A DNA stretch of 64,000 nt from a candidate division WWE3 bacterium. Its GTDB lineage: Bacteria; Patescibacteriota; WWE3; UBA101185; UBA10185. Position numbers and translations under genes: made by a program. Below are positions 8,943-18,237 of the stretch, piece by piece (the first letter of the stretch is position 1; the number at the start of each line of letters is the position of its first letter). The stretch spans positions 11,005 to 75,004 of the forward strand of contig JACPGI010000005.1 of the NCBI GenBank assembly GCA_016182565.1, given 5' to 3'. A model generated the notes under the pieces. It was not told the origin of the DNA, made no database searches, and saw nothing but the letters and a program-made list of their open reading frames with translations.

Positions 8943-10595
8943 ATGTCAGCAAAAAATATTATATATGGCGATGAAGCAAGAAAAAAATTAAAAGCGGGAG
9001 TTGATAAACTTGCAAATGCAGTTACAACAACGCTTGGACCTAAAGGCAGAAATGTAGGTATAGATAAAAGTTACGGCGCACCACACGTGGTACATGACGG
9101 GGTAACTGTAGCAAAAGAAATTGAACTTGAAGATAAATTTGAGAATATGGGAGCAAGGCTTGTCCTTGAAGCTTCTTCAAAAACAAACGATGTAGCAGGA
9201 GATGGTACTACAACAGCTACTCTTCTTGCTCAAGCTATAGTTGAAGAGGGACTAAGAAATATTTCAGCTGGGGCTAATCCGATGATTATCAAGAAGGGCT
9301 TAGAAAAAGCATCAGAGGCGGTAGTTGAAGAAATTAAAAAACTTTCCAAGCAAATCACCACAAAAGAAGAAAAAGCCCAAGTAGCAAAGGTTTCAGCCCA
9401 AAATGAGGAAATAGGTAATTTGATAGCAGATGCGATGGAGAAAGTGGGCGATGATGGCGTCATTACTGTAGATGAATCTAAAGGCTTTGGCATGGAGCTT
9501 GAATACAAAGAGGGGATGCAATTTGATAAAGGTTATGCCTCTCCATACTTTGTTACCAATTCAGAAAAAATGGAAGCAGAAATAGAAAATCCATTTATAT
9601 TAGTCACAGACCAAAAAGTTACAAACATCCAAGAGCTACTTCCCATGCTTGAAAAACTTGTTCAAGTAAGTAAAAACCTTGTAATTATCTCGGAAGACAT
9701 TGAGGGTGAGGCTCTTGCAACACTTGTTGTAAATAAAATAAGAGGCACTTTCAATGCACTAGCTGTAAAGGCCCCTGGATTTGGTGATCGCCGAAAAGCA
9801 ATGCTTGAAGATATTGCAGTATTAACCGGTGCTACAATGATAAGCACAGATACCGGAAGAAAACTTGATTCTGTAACTGTAGAAGACCTTGGAAAAGCTG
9901 AAAAAGTAGTTTCAACCAAAGACGATACCATAGTGGTAGGTGGCAAGGGGGATAAAAAACTAATTGCTGACCGAGTTTCCCAAATTCACAAACAAATTGA
10001 GCAAGCAAGCGCAGGATATGATAAAGAAAAACTTATGGAAAGAGTAGCCAAACTAAGTGGCGGGGTTGCTGTAATAAGTGTAGGTGCTGCGACAGAAACA
10101 GAGCTTAAAGAGAAAAAACTTCGCGTAGAAGACGCAGTTAATGCCACAAAAGCAGCCGTAGAAGAAGGAATTGTTGCTGGAGGTGGAGTTGCAACTTACA
10201 GAGCAAGGCAGGTCATTAAATCTTTGAAACTTGATGGTGAGGAACTAGTCGGGGCTAACATCCTATATAAAGCACTCGAGAAGCCAATCAGAAAAATTGT
10301 AGAAAATGCTGGGGAAGACTCTGGAAAAATTTTGGCAGAACTTGAACGACATGCAAAAGATCAAAAAAATGACAATATTGGCTTTAATGTCATGACTATG
10401 GAATTTGGCGATATGATTGCTCAGGGAATTGCTGATCCTGCTAAAGTCACAAGAAGTGGTATTCAAAACGCAGTTTCTGTCTCAAACATGATCCTAACTA
10501 CTGAATGTTTGATAGCAGATGCTCCAAAGAAAGAACAAAATGGTGGTGGAATGCCTTCCATGGGCGGTATGGGTGGTATGGATGGGATGATGTAA
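8943..10595 (+). CDS. groEL: Chaperonin GroEL
   Basis: [28 protein letters not shown] motifs and a GGM C-terminal tail. Confidence 0.99.
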   Translation: MSAKNIIYGDEARKKLKAGVDKLANAVTTTLGPKGRNVGIDKSYGAPHVVHDGVTVAKEIELEDKFENMGARLVLEASSKTNDVAGDGTTTATLLAQAIVEEGLRNISAGANPMIIKKGLEKASEAVVEEIKKLSKQITTKEEKAQVAKVSAQNEEIGNLIADAMEKVGDDGVITVDESKGFGMELEYKEGMQFDKGYASPYFVTNSEKMEAEIENPFILVTDQKVTNIQELLPMLEKLVQVSKNLVIISEDIEGEALATLVVNKIRGTFNALAVKAPGFGDRRKAMLEDIAVLTGATMISTDTGRKLDSVTVEDLGKAEKVVSTKDDTIVVGGKGDKKLIADRVSQIHKQIEQASAGYDKEKLMERVAKLSGGVAVISVGAATETELKEKKLRVEDAVNATKAAVEEGIVAGGGVATYRARQVIKSLKLDGEELVGANILYKALEKPIRKIVENAGEDSGKILAELERHAKDQKNDNIGFNVMTMEFGDMIAQGIADPAKVTRSGIQNAVSVSNMILTTECLIADAPKKEQNGGGMPSMGGMGGMDGMM

Positions 10596-10605
10596 GAACT
10601 GGTTT

Positions 10606-11535
10606 TTAACCTAGCACCCGCTTTTTACTCTCGACAAAAGTCTCTAAGATTCTTGGAGTATTATCTGTTCGATTAAAATGGATTAGGTGGGGTTTTGCTA
10701 CCTCGGTAGTCAATTTCCCTGACATATATTTAACTTGAAAAAACATTGCAATCTGCTCTAGTCTATTTAAGAGCCAATTCTTCGAAGCAATAATAGATGT
10801 AATCTTATAATCCAAGTCTCCAAAGTTTCCAAAATACCCCCTCACCCAAGCATTTTCTTTCAAAAACCTAAAATAAGTATTGTTTTTATCAAGTACTGGG
10901 TAAAGCATCACAACCTCATGAGCTACATACAGATTTCTTTTGTTTTTTGGCCAAGCTAAATACCCCTCATCAATTAAAATATTTGGACATATTTTTTGTT
11001 TTGGGTTGGTATCAGTTCTTAACTCCCCAAGTATCTTTAAAATTAAAAATAGAAATCCACGCGTTAGCCAAACACGATTATTTTTTGTAACTACTAAGAT
11101 ATCTAAATCAGAATCTAAGTCAGCATTAAATGCTGCAACTGACCCCGTCACCCCAATAAACTGAATCCACGGAATTCGCCCCAAAATACCTGCGATTTTC
11201 TTCACTTTTTTTATTAGAAAACTACTGTTTTTCTTTCGAGCCTCCCAATCAACTGTCACGGTTTTATACAGATAAAAAAACTTCCCATCTTTTACACTTA
11301 CCTTATGCATTTTAATTAAATTTTCTAAAGCCTTACTTACAGTTGGGATATCAATTTTTTTCCTGGTTAGTAAAAAATTTAAGAGTTGGTAAAAACTTAA
11401 TGGGTAATTAAAAACGGTCCGATAACTTAAAGTTTCAAGAATCTCGCGTTCAACGCTTTTTGTGGTATTGATACTAACTACCAAATTATTCTGACTACGA
11501 TTTTGTTTTGTTTTGAATTTCTTATTTCGAGGCAT
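10606..11535 (-). CDS. Pol-beta-superfamily nucleotidyltransferase-domain protein
   Basis: GVTGSVA...DSDLDILVV (GS plus DxD motif), with a wHTH-like N-terminal region. Confidence 0.7.
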   Translation of the reverse strand: MPRNKKFKTKQNRSQNNLVVSINTTKSVEREILETLSYRTVFNYPLSFYQLLNFLLTRKKIDIPTVSKALENLIKMHKVSVKDGKFFYLYKTVTVDWEARKKNSSFLIKKVKKIAGILGRIPWIQFIGVTGSVAAFNADLDSDLDILVVTKNNRVWLTRGFLFLILKILGELRTDTNPKQKICPNILIDEGYLAWPKNKRNLYVAHEVVMLYPVLDKNNTYFRFLKENAWVRGYFGNFGDLDYKITSIIASKNWLLNRLEQIAMFFQVKYMSGKLTTEVAKPHLIHFNRTDNTPRILETFVESKKRVLG

Positions 11536-11923
11536 CTAGAACCTCGTTAACCAGCTTATCCGCTTTTTCATTTTTTTCACGGGGCACATGTGTAAAATCA
11601 ATTTCCTTAAAAAATGGTTTTAATTTTGTAACCTTTTCGTTAAGCGCCTTCATATTTGTATTTTTGACCTTGTATAAACCATTCACCTGCTTTACAACAA
11701 GTTCACTATCAAGAAAACAACTCAGCCTGTCTGCGCCCAAACTCTGAGCTGTTTTTATGCCGTGTATCAAAGCTTGGTATTCAGCCTCGTTATTTGTGCA
11801 ATGACCTAAAAATATCCCCAATTCCCTTACTACCTCACCCGATTCGTTTTCTATAACTATACCGGCAGCACTCGGTCCAGGATTTCCTCTTGCGCCACCA
11901 TCTGTATGTAATATTAATTTCAT
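11522..11923 (-). CDS. rnhA: Ribonuclease HI (Rv2228c/archaeal-like type)
   Basis: TDGGARGNPG, TNNEAEY, DSELVVKQ and HVPREKNEKADKL motifs. Confidence 0.93.
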   Translation of the reverse strand: MKLILHTDGGARGNPGPSAAGIVIENESGEVVRELGIFLGHCTNNEAEYQALIHGIKTAQSLGADRLSCFLDSELVVKQVNGLYKVKNTNMKALNEKVTKLKPFFKEIDFTHVPREKNEKADKLVNEVLDASK

Positions 11924-11925
11924 AA

Positions 11926-12537
11926 CTATTTTTTTAAATATTCTTTAAATGAAATAACAACGACCCCAAATACAAGACCTAAAACTATCCCAGCCCACAT
12001 ATCAACCCAGATATTATGAAAGGCTTTATAAACTACAGGTGAACCATCCATAACTATTAAATTTATTTTCTCATCCCCCCGCATGTTTAACTTATCTGAG
12101 GTCTTCAAAGCCTCAGCACTTAAAGTCTTCCAATATTCGCTCGCTTTTACAAAATCCTTGTCTTTAACTTGAATACTCACAAGTTGCGGAGCCGCCTCTT
12201 TGATGGAAACATTCCTTCTTGCCTCACGCAGTGTATTTTCTGTAATTGGCACACCCATTATTTCCAAGGCAGTTTTTCTTATGTCAACACTCTCCAAAAT
12301 ACCTATCAAAGTTTTTGCATAGTTTTTAGCCGTTTGCAGTGCGTAATATCCCTCATATGTATAATCGGCCTTTCTACTAAACTCGGACTCACGCGCAACA
12401 AATATAGAACCCACGGCTCTGTAACCAACAGGCACAAAGTAAAAAACTCCTAAACCAACAAGTAAACCTATAAGTGTAGACCCGGCAAGGATTCTCCAAT
12501 TATTTTTTATGTGTGTGAGTAATTCTTTTAGTTCCAT
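11926..12537 (-). CDS. Wzz/YveK-like polysaccharide chain-length determinant
   Basis: MELKELLTHIKNNW N-terminus; two terminal TM helices flanking an extracytoplasmic loop. Confidence 0.7.
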   Translation of the reverse strand: MELKELLTHIKNNWRILAGSTLIGLLVGLGVFYFVPVGYRAVGSIFVARESEFSRKADYTYEGYYALQTAKNYAKTLIGILESVDIRKTALEIMGVPITENTLREARRNVSIKEAAPQLVSIQVKDKDFVKASEYWKTLSAEALKTSDKLNMRGDEKINLIVMDGSPVVYKAFHNIWVDMWAGIVLGLVFGVVVISFKEYLKK

Positions 12538-12588
12538 AGCTAGATTATATCAGCAATACATTTTATACTAACACTAAGAATAACTGCC

Positions 12589-15500
12589 ATGCCCGTAAAA
12601 GAACAAATAATAAAAAAGTCTGTCCTAACTCCAACCTTTTTAATAGCAGGTGGTGCTGGATTTATAGGTTCTCATCTTGCTGAAAAACTCCTTGAGCAAC
12701 AAGCTAGAGTTATCGTACTTGATAATTTTAAAACCGGAAAAGATATATACGTAACATCTCTTTTAACAAATCCTAGATTTGCGGTTTTTGATGTAGATAT
12801 CAACCAAGGTCTACCAAAAAATATTCAAAGTGTAGATTACATAATTCATCTAGCAAGTGTGGAGTCTTATTTGTACAGTAGAGACCAAGTAAATTTAGAT
12901 TCACTTCTCACAAATGCACTTGGAACAAAAAATTTATTAGACTTAGCACAGTCATCTGAGGCTAAGTTTTTACTCGTATCATCAATTGATGTATATGAGG
13001 GGCTTATTTCTCCGGTTAGTTTAGAGCAGTACTTTGGCCAAACTCCCGAGGAAGAAAAAAGATATTCACTGAGTGAAGCAAAAAGATTTGCGGAAGCTTT
13101 GGTCTGGGAGTTTTTCAAGAAAAATAAAACTGATGTGAGAATTGTCAGAATCCCCGAAGTTTATGGACCTAGAATGAGTCTTGGAGCAAGTGGCTCCATG
13201 GGGATGTTTCTTAGAGAGGTAATGGAAAATAAGGATATTACTATCTACGGCGAGGGTACTGAAAAAGAATACTACCTGTACATAACAGATGTTATAGGGG
13301 GATTTGTTAAAGCACTTTTTAATAAAGACACGAAAGGTCAGATATTTACAATTGCCCCAGAAGAGCCTTCCACAAGTCTTGAAGTTGCCTATCTTACAAA
13401 AAGCCTTGCTAACGCGGAAGTTAAGGTTGTATTTAATGAAGCTCCCGGAAAAATGTTTAGTAAAACTGCCAAAATACCAGATCGTGGAAATATAAGTGTT
13501 TTAAAGTGGGCACCAAAAGTAGAACTTAAGGAGGGTATTAAAAACACCATGATGTGGTTTGGATATGAACCAAATGAACACTCATTTAAACCTGCAAAAC
13601 TTATCGAAGATAAAATGATGCAAAAAGACATGAAGACTGGGCGAAGGATAGCCTCAATATTTGGGGTTTCACAGGAAGATATAGATACAAGTGGTGTTAT
13701 AAAGCCTTTAGGAAGTCTTAATTTCGCACGAAATATAACCCCAGTGCTAGCAACTGCAAAAATTACAAACGACATCAAAGTAAAACTTGCACCTATAAAA
13801 AAAGAAGAAACCACCTCAATCTGGGATTTCAAAAATGAAGGGTTAGGCTTATACAAAAATCTTATGCAAGAAAAGGAGTTACTTCCCCCAAAGACTATCA
13901 ACGATAGGTTGTTACAAAAACCTAGAGATATTCTTAAAAAAATAAGATTTATTGGGGTGAAAGATGAAATCCCTGCCGTAAGACCCCCAATTCAAATATC
14001 ACCTGCAAATCTGCCTGGATCTGAAATCAGTCAATCTGAAAAAAATTTGTTAGCAGCAAAGCCTTGGAATTTTACTGATGCTAGTGCTAAACGAAAAAAA
14101 ATGATTTTAATTTCTGGAGTGGGAGTTTTATCAGCACTTGTCGTATTTACATGTATCCCACTACTCCAGACATATTTCTATACTAAATCTGGGATGAAAG
14201 CGCTTCAAAGCTCAGCTAATTACCTAATGCAACTTGATTCATCCAGCGCAAAAAATTCCTCAAACGCAGCATTTCAAAACTTCTACAAAGCCCAAAGAGC
14301 TATAGAAAAAGATAGATGGCTTTTTACCCTAGCAGGCAAAAAAGATTTACACACAACAACTTCCAGTTTACTTAGTTCAGCAAGTTATTTCTCAAAAGGA
14401 ACTTACAATATAGCAAAAGGATCTCAGCCTTTTACGGAAATTTGGGAAATTATAAAACCAAACACCCAGACGCAATTTAATAAAGACGCGTTTACTGAGG
14501 CACAAATAAACTTCGATGAGGCAAAAAATAATATTCAAAGAGCACAAGGAGCGTTTAAAAATGTAAACGAGATACTTATTCCAGCAAGCCAAAAAACGAA
14601 TCTTGAAACTTACAAAAATGCCTTAAATTTGATCTCTTCAAACATAGATACGGTTTCTCTTCTTGCAACAGAAGTACCAAATCTACTTGGGGCTAAGGAT
14701 ACCCCAAAAAGATACATGGTGCTTTTTCAAAATTCCAATGAGATTAGACCCACAGGCGGATTTATTGGTTCATATGCGATTGTGGAGTTTAAAGACGGCA
14801 AAATCCAAAATCTTACAATTGATGATATTTACAATCCGGATGGCCAAATCGATGTTAGAAATATACAAGTAGCACCGCCTGCTACACTCGGCAAACTTTT
14901 GGATGAGAAAAAACTTTATCTTCGAAATGCAAACTGGGATCCTGACTTTGGTAAGACTTCCGAAACCATAAAAGATCTGTACTTTAGAGTAACTGATAAA
15001 ACACTCGATGGGGTGATTGCTCTTGATTTAAACTTTGCCCAAAATTTATTAAGAGTCACAGGGCCAGTTTATCTAACTGCCTTTAGTGAAGAAATTTCGG
15101 CAGATAATATGTATGAGAGAGCACAATTTCATAGTGAATTTAATTATAAAGATGGCTCGGATCAAAAAAGAGCTTTTCTTACTATCCTGGGAAGTAAACT
15201 CCTCGAAAGTATTTTTGCCTTACCAAACACAAAAATTCCGGAACTTGCAAAAGAAATTGACACAGCACTTACAGAAAAGCATCTATTACTTAATATTCAA
15301 AACAGTGCTTTTGGAGCTGAGTTACAAAAAAGATTCTGGGATGGAAGTGTGGTAAAAGTTGAGCCAAGTGCTGCCGACTATCTGTATGTAGTGAATGCCA
15401 ATGTGGGTGGAACAAAAGCCAATTATTTTGTAAAAAACGATATGCAGTACAACGTGTCTTCAAAAACAAGGGATGGAGTTTTAAGAGCTGAGCTTAAACT

Positions 15501-15951
15501 TACCTACAATCACACAGGCACGAGTATGGCTTGGCCGGGAGGAACAGGTGCTTCTATACAAACTATCAATACGACTGGAGAAGAAGCCAGTATCGATATT
15601 CAAAAAGAAATAACTATAGATAAGGTAGGAAACTATGTATCTTTTGAAAAACTAATTGAGGTACAACCTACTCAAAAGGTAATACTTACTATCACCTATG
15701 ACATACCACAAAACCTAGCTATCACAAATGAACACAAAGAGTACAAGCTCTTCTGGCAAAAACAGGGCGGTACTACAGATGACAGTTTTACTTTCAAGTT
15801 TGAGCCTCCTTTTGGTACAACAATACAAGAAACCTCTACTAAATACTCCCAAAGCTCAAATGGGATAAAAATGGAAAATTCTCAGGGCAGTACAACTGAA
15901 GTTCGGGGCAATTTAAACAGTGACTTCTGGTACTTGGCAAAACTTAAATAA
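12589..15951 (+). CDS. Fusion: NAD-dependent epimerase/dehydratase-like SDR domain, TM helix, DUF4012
   Basis: N-terminal GGAGFIGSHL SDR domain; TM near aa 505-530; DUF4012 motifs LFQNSNEIRPTGGFIGS, RNANWDPDF and NVGGTKAN. Confidence 0.8.
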   Translation: MPVKEQIIKKSVLTPTFLIAGGAGFIGSHLAEKLLEQQARVIVLDNFKTGKDIYVTSLLTNPRFAVFDVDINQGLPKNIQSVDYIIHLASVESYLYSRDQVNLDSLLTNALGTKNLLDLAQSSEAKFLLVSSIDVYEGLISPVSLEQYFGQTPEEEKRYSLSEAKRFAEALVWEFFKKNKTDVRIVRIPEVYGPRMSLGASGSMGMFLREVMENKDITIYGEGTEKEYYLYITDVIGGFVKALFNKDTKGQIFTIAPEEPSTSLEVAYLTKSLANAEVKVVFNEAPGKMFSKTAKIPDRGNISVLKWAPKVELKEGIKNTMMWFGYEPNEHSFKPAKLIEDKMMQKDMKTGRRIASIFGVSQEDIDTSGVIKPLGSLNFARNITPVLATAKITNDIKVKLAPIKKEETTSIWDFKNEGLGLYKNLMQEKELLPPKTINDRLLQKPRDILKKIRFIGVKDEIPAVRPPIQISPANLPGSEISQSEKNLLAAKPWNFTDASAKRKKMILISGVGVLSALVVFTCIPLLQTYFYTKSGMKALQSSANYLMQLDSSSAKNSSNAAFQNFYKAQRAIEKDRWLFTLAGKKDLHTTTSSLLSSASYFSKGTYNIAKGSQPFTEIWEIIKPNTQTQFNKDAFTEAQINFDEAKNNIQRAQGAFKNVNEILIPASQKTNLETYKNALNLISSNIDTVSLLATEVPNLLGAKDTPKRYMVLFQNSNEIRPTGGFIGSYAIVEFKDGKIQNLTIDDIYNPDGQIDVRNIQVAPPATLGKLLDEKKLYLRNANWDPDFGKTSETIKDLYFRVTDKTLDGVIALDLNFAQNLLRVTGPVYLTAFSEEISADNMYERAQFHSEFNYKDGSDQKRAFLTILGSKLLESIFALPNTKIPELAKEIDTALTEKHLLLNIQNSAFGAELQKRFWDGSVVKVEPSAADYLYVVNANVGGTKANYFVKNDMQYNVSSKTRDGVLRAELKLTYNHTGTSMAWPGGTGASIQTINTTGEEASIDIQKEITIDKVGNYVSFEKLIEVQPTQKVILTITYDIPQNLAITNEHKEYKLFWQKQGGTTDDSFTFKFEPPFGTTIQETSTKYSQSSNGIKMENSQGSTTEVRGNLNSDFWYLAKLK

Positions 15952-15968
15952 ACACAGAAAGTCCCCCA

Positions 15969-15997
15969 TTGACCGCGTCAAACCAATAAAGTACAAT
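15969..15997 (+). promoter_or_regulatory. Sigma70-like promoter TTGACC-N17-TACAAT
   Basis: Hexamers with 17-nt spacing upstream of the 16048/rplY pair. Confidence 0.6.
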
Positions 15998-16047
15998 CAC
16001 TTCGCTTTGGGCGGTTATGGCATAAGTGAACAGTACCAAGATATAAA

Positions 16048-16431
16048 ATGCCAAGAAGTAAAATTAAAATGGTACAAATGATTGAAGATAAGCAAATTAA
16101 CGAGCAATTAGCAAAATCAAATTGCTACAAATGTGGGGAAAGTTTAAACGGCGCCAAAATGACAACCATTGGAAAGCTTCCGGCAGCCGTTATAGCCCAC
16201 ACAGTGTGCCCAAATTGCCAAGCAGAAAGCATTATTACTCTAACGCTTGCGGGATCAGGTATAATGCCCCTTATCTCAGATCTTGGCCCAAGTGAAATGC
16301 AAAAATTTGCAACAAATAAGCCAACATCGTATGATGACTTGTTTAAGTTGCACGATATAGTAAAAAAAGGAAAACTATGGAAATTATTGCAGAGAAGCGC
16401 ACCGCTCTCGGAAAACAAAATAAGAAACTAA
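16048..16431 (+). CDS. Hypothetical zinc-ribbon protein
   Basis: CYKC and CPNC pairs; overlaps the rplY start by 55 nt. Confidence 0.65.
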   Translation: MPRSKIKMVQMIEDKQINEQLAKSNCYKCGESLNGAKMTTIGKLPAAVIAHTVCPNCQAESIITLTLAGSGIMPLISDLGPSEMQKFATNKPTSYDDLFKLHDIVKKGKLWKLLQRSAPLSENKIRN

Positions 16432-17090
16432 GAAAAGATAGGAAAGTTCCTGGCGTAATCTACGGGAAAGGTATGGAATCTGTAAATGTTATGGTAGGCC
16501 TTCTTGACCTTGTTAAGACATTTAAAGGGTCTGGGGAGTCTACCTTAGTTGACGTGTTGTTTGATGGCAAGAAAGAAAAGGTCCTTGTCACTGAAGTACA
16601 AGTTCACCCAGTAACGGGCAATCCGATTCACGCAAGCTTTCACAAAGTAAACTTAAAAGAAAAAATTAAAGCAAATGTGCCTGTGGTTGCTATAAACGAA
16701 GAGTTAAATGCCTTTGTTAAAAGCGGCGAGGGTATGATTTTGTCTTTGATAAACGAAATCGAAGTAGAGGCTTTACCTGCAAACTTACCACACAACTTTG
16801 AAGTAGATGTAAAAGATTTGAAACTTAATGAGGGCATCACAGTAGGACAGTTAAACTTTGATAGAACAAAGGTTGAAATTGTTGATTTGGAAGATGATGA
16901 GCTGGTTGTAAAACTTGATAGTGCAAAGATGGCTGAAGAAGTAGAAGAGGTCGTAGCCAGTGAAGAGGAATTGGTGGCAGGTGTTGAAGCAACCAAAGAG
17001 AAGAAGGAAGAAGATAGTGAAGAAAGTAAAGATGGTGAAAATAAGGTAAGTGATAATAAGAGTGGAAAAGATAAGAGTGAGAAGAAATAG
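16377..17090 (+). CDS. rplY: 50S ribosomal protein L25 (CTC/TL5 long form)
   Basis: KKLRKDRKVPGVIYG, VQVHPV...IHASF and LPANLP motifs; acidic tail. Confidence 0.95.
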   Translation: MEIIAEKRTALGKQNKKLRKDRKVPGVIYGKGMESVNVMVGLLDLVKTFKGSGESTLVDVLFDGKKEKVLVTEVQVHPVTGNPIHASFHKVNLKEKIKANVPVVAINEELNAFVKSGEGMILSLINEIEVEALPANLPHNFEVDVKDLKLNEGITVGQLNFDRTKVEIVDLEDDELVVKLDSAKMAEEVEEVVASEEELVAGVEATKEKKEEDSEESKDGENKVSDNKSGKDKSEKK

Positions 17091-17164
17091 TCAGGGTTGT
17101 AAATAAGCTTTTAAACATTTCGCGGAAAATTTCACGTTTAAACAAAATTAAAAAGTCTTTTTGT

Positions 17165-17197
17165 AGAAACCCCGACAAGTACAATATCGGGGCTTCT
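17165..17197. terminator. Hairpin terminator between convergent rplY and ORF 17231-18031
   Basis: AGAAACCCCGA (17165-17175) / TCGGGGCTTCT (17187-17197). Confidence 0.6.
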
Positions 17198-17230
17198 TGG
17201 TTGAAAATTACTGGTGTCAGATGGTCTGGG

Positions 17231-18031
17231 TCAGGCGACGCCGAAAAGTTTCGACAATGTCCCATTCGCAAGCAATATGAACACCACCACCACGACGACC
17301 ATAAATCCAATAGGGCCAAATATGGCTTTTGACCAGGCAGGGGCTTCATGCATTGCAGTGAGTCCAAGCGCAAGTTTGATGTCGTTTTTCTGCACAGTTT
17401 CCGCGTGCTCAATCAACCGCATCTGCACATCTTTTGCATTATCAAGGGCGGTCGTGGAAACCTGTTCCAGAGCGGCAATTGATTGAAGCTGGACTTCGAT
17501 ATCTTGTTGATGTTGCAATTCCTGGTACGCCAACTGCATCGCAAGAACCAGGTCAGTCCCTTCAAGCCGGCGCATCTGCACAGATAGGGATGCCATAACA
17601 GCTTCACGCGTTGTCCCCTTCACATCGAGAAAGGGCGTTTGGCCGGCAACTTGTTTCGCAATTAAATCTGAAAGGATCACAAGTTGAGCCTCAGCAACAC
17701 CGCCCGTGGGATCATTTGCGGTGAGACTCATCAAAGATGGCGAAACTGAAATTATGTCGCTGGATGGTAACCAAATAATGGCTTCGCTTGGATCAACCAT
17801 GGTTATAGCGCCGTTACCATCGCCACTCAACGCCACGTTGATCTTGGTAACACCTGGAAAGGCGTCACCGATCGAAGTCAGAATTTGTTCCTCAGTAAGG
17901 TCTATACCACCGCCAATTGCGACAGTGGGACCGGTGGGTGCATCGGTACCATCAGTATTCCACATGAATGCCGCGGCAATTGCAATCACAACGATTGCCA
18001 AACCAATCAAAATAGAATTTCGTGCTTTCAT
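17231..18031 (-). CDS. Hypothetical protein with N- and C-terminal TM helices and a helical/coiled-coil core
   Basis: 266-aa ORF with SD AAGGAG and promoter TTGACT(18157-18152)-N17-TAAACT; visibly higher GC than its flanks. Confidence 0.75.
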   Translation of the reverse strand: MKARNSILIGLAIVVIAIAAAFMWNTDGTDAPTGPTVAIGGGIDLTEEQILTSIGDAFPGVTKINVALSGDGNGAITMVDPSEAIIWLPSSDIISVSPSLMSLTANDPTGGVAEAQLVILSDLIAKQVAGQTPFLDVKGTTREAVMASLSVQMRRLEGTDLVLAMQLAYQELQHQQDIEVQLQSIAALEQVSTTALDNAKDVQMRLIEHAETVQKNDIKLALGLTAMHEAPAWSKAIFGPIGFMVVVVVVFILLANGTLSKLFGVA

Positions 18032-18185
18032 CTTTTCTCCTTTTCCCTATCCTTAGCTAGAAATTAGCCAGCAGGAAAGAGTCTATGTTATAGCTTGAAT
18101 TAGTTGGTTGAGAATTGGTGTTGGGGAGAGTTTAGTACAAGTGCATTTTGAAGTCAAATAAACTTTTTGTCATAGAGATATAAGA

Positions 18186-18215
18186 GGTCGATGTCAAGAA
18201 GATAAGACATCGACC
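18186..18215 (-). terminator. Hairpin terminator downstream of ORF 18238-20025
   Basis: Perfect 10-bp inverted repeat GGTCGATGTC-N10-GACATCGACC. Confidence 0.65.
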
Positions 18216-18237
18216 AATTTTAGTTATCACTTACAAA

